Below are positions 50,221 through 57,062 of a DNA stretch of 57,062 bases, piece after piece. The stretch covers positions 1 to 57,062 of the forward strand of contig JAAYRB010000015.1 in the NCBI GenBank assembly GCA_012519005.1, in the 5' to 3' direction. The translations under genes were made by a program, and so were the position numbers. This DNA comes from Clostridia bacterium. GTDB lineage: Bacteria > Bacillota > DTU086. Position 1 is the stretch's first letter. Each line of letters starts with the position of its first letter. The notes below the pieces were generated by a model, which saw only the letters and a list, made by a program, of their open reading frames with translations, did not search any database and was not told the origin of the DNA.

Positions 50221-50480
50221 AATAAAAGTAAACCCCCCGTCCTAATAACAAGGAACGAGAGGTTTTTGCCCGTGGTACCATCCTTTTTGGCAGTTTGTTC
50301 CTGCCCACTTATCTATAATAACGGCATTCTAAACCGGCAACGGGCTACTGTGTTCACCCACGCAGCTGCTGAACGAGTTCGATATGCCAACCTACCGTTT
50401 TTCACCAAAAACACGGCTCTCTTATGAAGGATGGTGTATATCTACTACTTCCAGTCATGGCTTTTCTGTATTTTTCTTTA
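50221..50480 (-). promoter_or_regulatory. T-box riboswitch leader, leucine specifier (CUC), with intrinsic terminator
   Basis: On the minus strand: AGAGAG bulge, distal loop GGTGAAA, specifier context GAA-CTC-G, and T-box AAAAAGGATGGTACCACGGG. The terminator is AAACCTCTCGTTCCT / AGGACGGGGGGTTT, followed by ACTTTTATTTT. Confidence 0.88.
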
Positions 50481-50486
50481 ATACAT

Positions 50487-50514
50487 ATTATATTTACATG
50501 GGATGCAAAGTCAA
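50487..50514 (-). promoter_or_regulatory. Sigma-A promoter of the leuS leader
   Basis: TTGACT (50514-50509), a 16-nt spacer, then TATAAT (50492-50487). Confidence 0.6.
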
Positions 50515-50526
50515 ATCTCCCACCCA

Positions 50527-50877
50527 TTACACAGAATCGTACTCCAGGGTGACAGCATCACCCCACAGCCTTTCAAGATTATATAAATCTCTTGCATCTT
50601 TATGAAATATATGAATCAACACGTTCCCATAGTCAAGTAAAACCCAACGGGCATTATTATACCCTTCCAACCCCATCAGTTCCATACCGGAATCGTCCAT
50701 AATCTCTTTTACCTTTCTGGCAATTGATTGAACCTGTAATTCGGAATCTCCGCTGCCAATGACAAAATAATCCGTCACATAGGATATATCCCTTAAATCC
50801 ATTACTACTACATTGCTGGCCTTTGAATCCTTTGCAATCCTAGCAGCCATTATCGCACCTGCAGCAGCATCCTCCAA
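50527..50877 (-). CDS. rsfS: Ribosome silencing factor RsfS (YqeL/iojap)
   Basis: A 116-aa protein with the conserved core DYFVIGSGDSELQVQSIA...WVLLDYGNVLIHIF. A TTG start lies 5 nt after AAAGGAGGGG. Confidence 0.92.
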   Translation of the reverse strand: MEDAAAGAIMAARIAKDSKASNVVVMDLRDISYVTDYFVIGSGDSELQVQSIARKVKEIMDDSGMELMGLEGYNNARWVLLDYGNVLIHIFHKDARDLYNLERLWGDAVTLEYDSV

Positions 50878-51063
50878 ATGTACCCCTCCTTTTATAATGG
50901 GTCTGATCCCAGTTTCCTGTTCCTATTCCGCAGGCACAGGGAAACCAGATCATTTATATCATTGCTCCCCACTGACCGATAGTTGCAGCAGTTATTATCT
51001 TGCACCCTAAGCATATCATACCGAAGGATTTACAAGAAACCTCCACGGCATAAAAATCGAGGG

Positions 51064-51711
51064 CTACCTTGCCCCAGTATAAAGATCATTCTTGTAAATA
51101 TGCTGCTCCACGGATTCAGGCACAAGATATTTTATGGACTCGCCATCAGCAACCCGCCGGCGTATATCCGTTGAAGATATGGCCAAAGCAGGGACTTCAA
51201 TGGTGTGGATTCTGTCACATAAGACCTCTGCAACTCGTTGAAATTCGGCACTGAGTCCTTTTAAATCATAACCAGGTCTAGTGGCTGCTATAAAAAAACA
51301 TTTGCGTACTATCTCATCAACTTTTCTCCAGGTAAGTATCTCGAGTATGGCATCTGCACCTGTTATAAAATATAATTCTGTACTGGGATATTTTTTTTGA
51401 AAAGCATCAATGGTGTCAATGGAATAAGATTGGCCTTCCCTGTCAATTTCCACCCTAGAGACATAGAAGTGTGGATTGCCCACCACGGCCAGCACTGTCA
51501 TTAGATACCGGGATTCTGCATCTGTAACCCTGTAATCCTTTTTATGTGGAGGTCTACCAGAAGGAACAAATACTACAGAATCAAGATTAAATATATCCCT
51601 AGCAGCTTCTGCAGTCACAAGATGTCCATAGTGTATGGGGTCAAAAGTACCCCCCATTATACCCAATGTTTTATACCCTTTTTTATTGTTATCCAAAGGA
51701 TCTCTCCCCAT
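51064..51711 (-). CDS. nadD: Nicotinate-nucleotide adenylyltransferase NadD
   Basis: The (H/T)xGH motif [11 protein letters not shown]. No candidate start (ATG 51711, an internal TTG or ATG) has a strong SD, so the 5' end is uncertain. Confidence 0.9.
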   Translation of the reverse strand: MGRDPLDNNKKGYKTLGIMGGTFDPIHYGHLVTAEAARDIFNLDSVVFVPSGRPPHKKDYRVTDAESRYLMTVLAVVGNPHFYVSRVEIDREGQSYSIDTIDAFQKKYPSTELYFITGADAILEILTWRKVDEIVRKCFFIAATRPGYDLKGLSAEFQRVAEVLCDRIHTIEVPALAISSTDIRRRVADGESIKYLVPESVEQHIYKNDLYTGAR

Positions 51712-51808
51712 TACCCATACTTCAGAAAGTTTATCAGATTTTCCCTTCTATCGCAAGATCCGCAATTTTTTGACAGCCGGACCCCAAGTGCATATCCCAT
51801 GAATATGT

Positions 51809-51838
51809 AAAATTGGTTGGTTTTCACCAACCAATTTT
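51809..51838 (-). terminator. Rho-independent terminator of sigK
   Basis: A perfect 12-bp stem, AAAATTGGTTGG / CCAACCAATTTT, with a 6-nt loop. It starts at the sigK stop codon, and on the minus strand the stem's 3' arm ends in TTTT and is followed by ACATATT. Confidence 0.75.
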
Positions 51839-52539
51839 CACCCGTTTATAGCTTTTATCAATCTTTGTATTGCTTTTTTTTCGATCCTGGAAACATAAGA
51901 CCTGGATATCCCCATTCTTTTTGCTATCTCTTTTTGGGTACGTCTACATCCATCATTCAATCCGTATCTCATCTCAATTACATATCTTTCCCGCTTGCCC
52001 AACTTCTTAACGTATTTCCGAATCTTATCCCTATCATACCATTTTTCGACAGTTTCAATCACCAGATCTCTATCCGTTCCCAGGACATCCGACAAGGTTA
52101 TTTCATTGCCCTCCTTATCAACCCCTATGGGGTCGTACAGAGAGACCTCCCCACGGTATTTTTTCCTCGATCTAAGATGCATTAAAATTTCATTTTCTAT
52201 ACACCTTGCGGCGTATGTGGCCAATCTAGTCCCCTTGTCAGGATTAAATGTATTGATAGCCTTGATTAACCCCATAGTCCCTATGGAAATCAGATCATCT
52301 ACTTCCTCATTACTGCTTTCAAACTTTTTTGTTATATGTGCCACTAATCTCAAATTGTGTTCGACCAATATGTTTCTGGCCTTCTCATCTTTCTCTTTTA
52401 GAAGATCCAGGTACTTACTTTCCAATTCCTTTGACAGAGGGTGGGGAAAAGAACTATTGCTTATATAATGTATAAAATTTACATGATAATCACTTTTTAA
52501 AAGAACAATGTAGGACTCCAAATGAGAAAAACTCAACAA
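51838..52539 (-). CDS. sigK: RNA polymerase sporulation sigma factor SigK (pro-sigma-K, uninterrupted)
   Basis: Diagnostic stretches FPHPLSKELESKYL, NLRLVAHITKKFE, ATYAARCIENEILMHLR and VSLYDPIGVDKEGNEITLSDVLGT match my recollection of SigK rather than SigE. It has a hydrophobic pro-sequence. TTG 52539 follows GGGGGGGTGG. Confidence 0.85.
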   Translation of the reverse strand: MLSFSHLESYIVLLKSDYHVNFIHYISNSSFPHPLSKELESKYLDLLKEKDEKARNILVEHNLRLVAHITKKFESSNEEVDDLISIGTMGLIKAINTFNPDKGTRLATYAARCIENEILMHLRSRKKYRGEVSLYDPIGVDKEGNEITLSDVLGTDRDLVIETVEKWYDRDKIRKYVKKLGKRERYVIEMRYGLNDGCRRTQKEIAKRMGISRSYVSRIEKKAIQRLIKAING

Positions 52540-52579
52540 GTATTACCACCCCCCCCAACATAAAAAATACAGTTCATTA

Positions 52580-52608
52580 TATTGTATGAAGGAGTGTACC
52601 GTGCCTGT
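52580..52608 (-). promoter_or_regulatory. Candidate mother-cell (sigma-E/sigma-K type) promoter of sigK
   Basis: Minus strand has -10-like CATACAATA (52588-52580), with an ACA element 17-18 nt upstream (52608-52606). It is a pattern match only. Confidence 0.35.
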
Positions 52609-52653
52609 CAGGGGAAACCCAAAAATAGGAATTAAAAGTTGGTCTACTTGCCT

Positions 52654-54390
52654 TTATTGAATTTTCATTATAAAATCACCGATTTCCTTAAAAACCGGGG
52701 CAGCAGTGTCACCACCACTTCTCCCACCTTCTGCAAGCACAACAACGGTATACCTTGGTTCATCCAAGGGAATATAACCGGCAAACCATGCATTTATCTT
52801 TGCCCCATGAGACCCAGTTTCTGCGGAACCAGTCTTCCCTGCACTTCCATATCCCGGTATCCATGCATTGACTCCTGTTCCCCACTGAGTGGTGCAGAAA
52901 AGCATCTCTTGTAGTTCCAGGGCTGTTTTCTCAGATAGGGTCCTATCTCCCTTGCCCCTCTTAAATTCTTTTATCGTATCTCCCTGGGGACCCCTAATTT
53001 CCCTTAGCAACCTCGGCTTAACACATAACCCGCCGTTAGCAATTGTGGACACCAATACCGATATCTGTAGGGGGCTTAAACGAACACCCTCCTGTCCTAA
53101 AGCAGCATTCCCTATTTTTCCTTCACCATATGGTGCGATATTTACAGATTTGAATGCTGGCACAGGATAACCAATAACTTCAGTATTATTTAGGTGAAGC
53201 TTCTCTGAGTATTCCATTATTTTTTCCCTACCAAGCCTAAGGGCCAGCTCAATAAAAACACAATTACACGAATGGGCCAAACTTTCTTTAAAATTTATCC
53301 TCCCATGGCCCCCTTTATTCCAACAATTCATCACAAGGCCCGAATCAAAAACATACTCTCCTTTACAGAAAAACTCTTCCCAAGGATCAACCACACCTTC
53401 TTCCAGGGCAGCGGCAGCAATAAGTATCTTAAATATCGATGCGGGGTGGTATGGATCAAGGGCCCTATTGTTAAATGCGTTTTCCTGCCCCTCCGCAGCA
53501 GAATCCAGATAAACACCCAAAACATTCTGGTCATAATTTGGCCTGCTGGCCATGGCAAGAACATCCCCGGTGAAAACATCCATAACAACCACTGCTCCCC
53601 TTATATCCCTACTGTCCATCACTTCCTCAACCTTCCCTTGAATGAAGCTGTCAAGGGTCAGCACCACTTGGTTTCTACCAATGCTTGTTTCTGTAACAAA
53701 CTGTTTAAAGGACAAACCGGGTATAACCCTTCCATGGGCATCCGAGGAAGCCAACCAATAGAATTCCGGGGTTTCCCCCCTCAGATACTTTTCATAAATC
53801 TTTTCAATACCTTTCACGCCGATTATGTCAGTGATTTTATAGCGATCCTCCTCGTTTTTATCAGGTAGGTCTTTTTTAAGAATATCATCCCATGCCTCCT
53901 CATCCATATTGTTCACATGACCAACAATATGCCTGGCTAGAGAGCCAGGACCATAGCGGGTTTTCAGAGGAATAACGTAGGCCCCCATTATATTGGCAGA
54001 TTCAATTTCCCTAACCTGGTCTCGGGATAAATTAGGTATAAAATTGTTATTTCCTTTGACCTTGCCTCTAATAACTGACTTGGGGACTCCAAGAATCTCG
54101 CTGAGACGCCATATCTCCTCATCCTTGCCTAAAATCTCCGGAAATAACATCAGGGTGGGGGTTACCCTTGTATCTGTAATGGTTAAACCATTCCGATCCA
54201 GGATACATCCCCTGGGAACATCCTCACCAGCAATTAAACTGGTGTGATTTTTAACTGCTTCCACGCTTAATTGGTCACCCATCACCAGCTGCAGATGGGC
54301 AAGCCTTAAAAATAGCAAAAGAAAAACCATGTATAACATGGCAAGTATAATATATATTCTTTTTTTACTAGCAGTTCCCATACACTTCAC
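52654..54390 (-). CDS. Class B penicillin-binding protein (transpeptidase; SpoVD/PbpI/PBP2 family)
   Basis: N-terminal TM, a PBP dimerisation domain, and transpeptidase motifs SxxK (ASIFK), SxN (SCN) and KTG (GKTGSAE). There is no PASTA domain. Confidence 0.9.
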   Translation of the reverse strand: MKCMGTASKKRIYIILAMLYMVFLLLFLRLAHLQLVMGDQLSVEAVKNHTSLIAGEDVPRGCILDRNGLTITDTRVTPTLMLFPEILGKDEEIWRLSEILGVPKSVIRGKVKGNNNFIPNLSRDQVREIESANIMGAYVIPLKTRYGPGSLARHIVGHVNNMDEEAWDDILKKDLPDKNEEDRYKITDIIGVKGIEKIYEKYLRGETPEFYWLASSDAHGRVIPGLSFKQFVTETSIGRNQVVLTLDSFIQGKVEEVMDSRDIRGAVVVMDVFTGDVLAMASRPNYDQNVLGVYLDSAAEGQENAFNNRALDPYHPASIFKILIAAAALEEGVVDPWEEFFCKGEYVFDSGLVMNCWNKGGHGRINFKESLAHSCNCVFIELALRLGREKIMEYSEKLHLNNTEVIGYPVPAFKSVNIAPYGEGKIGNAALGQEGVRLSPLQISVLVSTIANGGLCVKPRLLREIRGPQGDTIKEFKRGKGDRTLSEKTALELQEMLFCTTQWGTGVNAWIPGYGSAGKTGSAETGSHGAKINAWFAGYIPLDEPRYTVVVLAEGGRSGGDTAAPVFKEIGDFIMKIQ

Positions 54391-54435
54391 CTTTTGCCGC
54401 CTTTGTATTCATAATCTTGGCAAATCTAGGGGGTT

Positions 54436-55662
54436 TTATTCTACCTTAGATTTTTTTCGTAATAAATAGTTTTTGTTTACGGGAGTATCCAGCGGTATAT
54501 GAACCTTTTGTTTGGGATGAGGTGCGCTGAAAATTGATTTCCCTTCCTCATCCCAAATTTCATCAATTTTAAACCTAAAAGGATCCCCGGTAGGCCCAAA
54601 TATTTCTACAATGTCACCCACAGAAAATTTATTTCTTTGCTCCACTAGAGCCATTCCTGTCCTCTGGTTGTAGTTAAGAATCTTTCCAATAAATTTATGA
54701 GACCTCATATACTTTGAATCATCATAGGTAAAATCATGGGCAGTGGGTTTACCAAAATAAAAACCAGTACTGTATCTTCTGTGGCTGACTTTTTCCAGTT
54801 CCTCAAGCCATTCACCCCTACATATCCATCCATGGGGATCCTCAATATAGCTGTCGATAGCCTGTCTGTATGTCCTCACCACAGAGGCTGCATAGTGAAC
54901 ACTTTTCATCCTGCCCTCTATTTTAAAACTATCAATTCCAGCCTCAAACAGCTGAGGAATATACTGAATCATGCACAGATCATTGGCATTCAATATATAT
55001 GTTCCATCATTATCCTCACCAACCGGGTAGTAATGGCCGGGTCGTTTTTTTTCCATCAGATAATATTCCCATCTACAGGGATGAGAACAGTCACCCTTAT
55101 TAGCACTCCTCCCCGTCATTACACTGCTTAAGATACATCTACCGGAATAGGAGACACACATGGCACCATGAATAAAAGCCTCAACGGGTATACTGAGTCC
55201 TTGACGAATTTCCCTTATCTCCTTCAGGGAAAGTTCCCTGGCCAAAATGATTCTTGCGGCCCCCGCCCTCTCCCAAAATAAGGCAGATGAAATATTTGTA
55301 CAATTGGCCTGGGTGCTTAAGTGAATCGGGATGCTCGGTATGGTCTTCAGGGCTATATCAAGAACCCCGGGATCGGACACAATTACGCCATCAACCTTAC
55401 AGTTTTGAAGCTCTAAAAGATACTCCTTTACATGTTCCAAATCCTCATTATGGGCAAATATATTCACAGTCACATAAACACGGCGGCCTCTTTCATGTGC
55501 ATAGGTCACCCCCTCAACCAATTCCTCGAGGGTAAAATTGGCTGCACCCGCCCTTAAACCAAACCTTTTTCCACCCAAATACACAGAATCTGCACCATAA
55601 TCAACGGCTATTTTCAATTTTTCCAGATTCCCAGCCGGTGCCAGCAGTTCTGGTTTCTTCAA
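54436..55662 (-). CDS. Peptidase U32 family protein (YrrO/RlhA-like)
   Basis: The N-terminus KPELLAPAGNLEKLKIAVDYGADSVYLGG and the E..IHGAMCVSYSGRC motif are typical of U32. A TTG start lies 9 nt after GGAGGT. Confidence 0.88.
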   Translation of the reverse strand: MKKPELLAPAGNLEKLKIAVDYGADSVYLGGKRFGLRAGAANFTLEELVEGVTYAHERGRRVYVTVNIFAHNEDLEHVKEYLLELQNCKVDGVIVSDPGVLDIALKTIPSIPIHLSTQANCTNISSALFWERAGAARIILARELSLKEIREIRQGLSIPVEAFIHGAMCVSYSGRCILSSVMTGRSANKGDCSHPCRWEYYLMEKKRPGHYYPVGEDNDGTYILNANDLCMIQYIPQLFEAGIDSFKIEGRMKSVHYAASVVRTYRQAIDSYIEDPHGWICRGEWLEELEKVSHRRYSTGFYFGKPTAHDFTYDDSKYMRSHKFIGKILNYNQRTGMALVEQRNKFSVGDIVEIFGPTGDPFRFKIDEIWDEEGKSIFSAPHPKQKVHIPLDTPVNKNYLLRKKSKVE

Positions 55663-55688
55663 AATAATTTACCTCCAAATAAAATATT

Positions 55689-56756
55689 TTATCCCCCGCC
55701 ATTGTTTTTAGCAGATAAATGACCTTCATAGGTATCACTAAATGCATGATGACCATCCTCTTTTGCAACAAAATACAGATATGATACATCCGCTGGATAT
55801 AAAACGGCCTTTATAGATGCCTCTCCTGGGGAACAAATCGGCCCCGGCGGAAGGCCCTGGTTTAAATAGGTATTATAGGGGGATTGCACATCCAAATCCT
55901 CGTACAAGAGTTCGTCTTTGATTTCCCCTAGAGCATATTGTACCGTTGCACAGGATTGCAGCCTCATGCCTTTTTTTAGACGATTATGAAAAACAGCCGC
56001 TATAATGGGCCTTTCCTTTTCAATTTTGGCCTCCCTTTCTACAATGGAGGCAAGAGTCACCACCTCATGAACCGAAAGCCCCAATTCCTCCGCCCTATGC
56101 TGATATTCAGGACCGTAGATCCGTGTAAAGTTTTCCAGCATCATTTGTATTATTTCTTTTTCATTGGTTTTAGGGGAAATTTTGTAGGTATCAGGAAACA
56201 GAAAACCTTCCAGTGAATATTTGTTCCTTTCGTTTTGACCCAAATAGGGAAATTCAAACTTTCCTGTTTCAAAGGTATGAAGGAATTTGCCCGCGTCCAC
56301 CACCCCTTCGCTCTCCAGCAGCCGGCTGATTTGAAGAACATTGTAGCCCTCGGGAATTGTGAATGAAAGAGTTTTTACTGTGCCTTCTTTCAGCCTTTCA
56401 ACTACCTGTGGAATTGTCCAGTGCCCATCAAAGTGATATTCCCCTGCTTTTAACCCCTGATCCGTCTTTGTTAGCCGCGTGTAAATCCTGAACAGATACT
56501 CACTTCTTATTACCCCTTGATCTTTGAGCCGGCTGGCTATTTGGGAGGTGGTACTGTTGTTGTCTATTGTCACGTGAATAACGTGGTTGTCCACCCCCAC
56601 AGCACTGGTGGAATAGTGGATAAAACCAAGAACCACTCCAAAAATCAAAAGCATTATTACCATCATTTGCCTGTAATGATGGTAGTTATATATCTCCCTT
56701 AAATGGGGTGGTTTTTTACCTGGCAAAGGTTTTCGGGGTGAAATAAACAATGGCAT
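55689..56756 (-). CDS. mltG: Endolytic murein transglycosylase MltG (YceG-like)
   Basis: N-terminal TM plus a YceG domain (LEGFLFPDTY, ASIVEREA, SPYNTY). It neighbours the U32 peptidase, as in the Bacillus yrrL-yrrO region. Confidence 0.92.
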   Translation of the reverse strand: MPLFISPRKPLPGKKPPHLREIYNYHHYRQMMVIMLLIFGVVLGFIHYSTSAVGVDNHVIHVTIDNNSTTSQIASRLKDQGVIRSEYLFRIYTRLTKTDQGLKAGEYHFDGHWTIPQVVERLKEGTVKTLSFTIPEGYNVLQISRLLESEGVVDAGKFLHTFETGKFEFPYLGQNERNKYSLEGFLFPDTYKISPKTNEKEIIQMMLENFTRIYGPEYQHRAEELGLSVHEVVTLASIVEREAKIEKERPIIAAVFHNRLKKGMRLQSCATVQYALGEIKDELLYEDLDVQSPYNTYLNQGLPPGPICSPGEASIKAVLYPADVSYLYFVAKEDGHHAFSDTYEGHLSAKNNGGG

Positions 56757-56794
56757 AGCACCTCTCTATCTAGTATAGCCGTCGAAGCCCACCA

Positions 56795-57062
56795 TCAAGG
56801 ATTGGAATATGTTTGTAGGGGTTTTCCCACACCCCTCAATATAATTCTATCCTCCGGAGGATAATAATCCTCCGAAATCACTTCTTGCCCAATTAATTTA
56901 CCGTTTTTTCTTAAATCCCTTTCCACTAGAATGCGGAAGCCATCTTTTCCATCGTACTTTATAAATTCCTTGCCCGCCTCAATCTCCGGATCATCTTCAT
57001 AGGTCGTTCCGGGCTTCACCACTTCTTTAATTACCCTGTTAATTTTTATTTCCGGCATTTCA
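56795..57062 (-). CDS. C-terminal fragment of a G5-domain-containing protein (5' end beyond window)
   Basis: The reading frame stays open to the window edge. The pattern ...YEDDPEIEAGKEFIKYDGKDGFRILVERDL.KNGKLIGQEVISEDYYPPEDRIILRGVG resembles a G5 domain. Confidence 0.55.
   Translation of the reverse strand, partial: EMPEIKINRVIKEVVKPGTTYEDDPEIEAGKEFIKYDGKDGFRILVERDLRKNGKLIGQEVISEDYYPPEDRIILRGVGKPLQTYSNP

Noticed and set aside
50384-50605. A 73-aa plus-strand ORF upstream of leuS.
   Set aside because: It is antisense to the leucine T-box leader and the rsfS 3' end, and has no SD.

Overview
This window is a chromosomal core region of an endospore-forming, moderately AT-rich Firmicute (Clostridia/Bacilli-like). 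I found no rRNA, tRNA, CRISPR array, transposase, integrase, phage or defence genes. Bases 1-6080 (+ strand) carry a glycogen operon, glgC(partial)-glgD-glgA-glgP. It converges on ppdK, which is co-oriented with a PPDK-regulatory protein and a CcpN-like CBS regulator. From about 9.7 kb to 51.7 kb, almost entirely on the minus strand, gene order closely follows my recollection of the Bacillus subtilis yqf/yqe region. The order is ccpN-yqfL, glyQS (Gly T-box), recO, yqzL, era, cdd, dgkA, ybeY, pgpH, phoH, yqfD, yqfC, yqfB-like, floA, nfeD, rpsU, mtaB, rsmE, prmA, dnaJ-dnaK-grpE-hrcA (CIRCE), hemW, lepA, yqxA-like, spoIIP, rpsT, holA, comEC, comEA, rsfS, nadD. The last 5 kb encodes an uninterrupted pro-sigma-K, a class B PBP, a U32 peptidase, MltG and a partial G5-domain protein. 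The most notable observations are departures from that synteny or from standard gene structure. (1) The HTH domain of the CcpN-like regulator is encoded upstream of every ATG/GTG/TTG, behind a strong SD, which implies ATC or CTG initiation. (2) A 75-aa, extremely glutamine-rich ORF built from CAG/CAA repeats sits behind a consensus SD between rpsT and holA. (3) Inserted genes include ppdK, a UBA/DUF4342-like gene, an N-terminally extended DUF881 gene, HIT, murJ, a small 4-TM protein, a DUF77 gene and T-box-controlled leuS. (4) gpr and yqeK are absent from their expected slots; the yqeK slot holds a 186-nt structured spacer. I see no convincing evidence for a novel multi-gene system. All homology statements rest on recognised motifs and remembered gene order, not on database searches.
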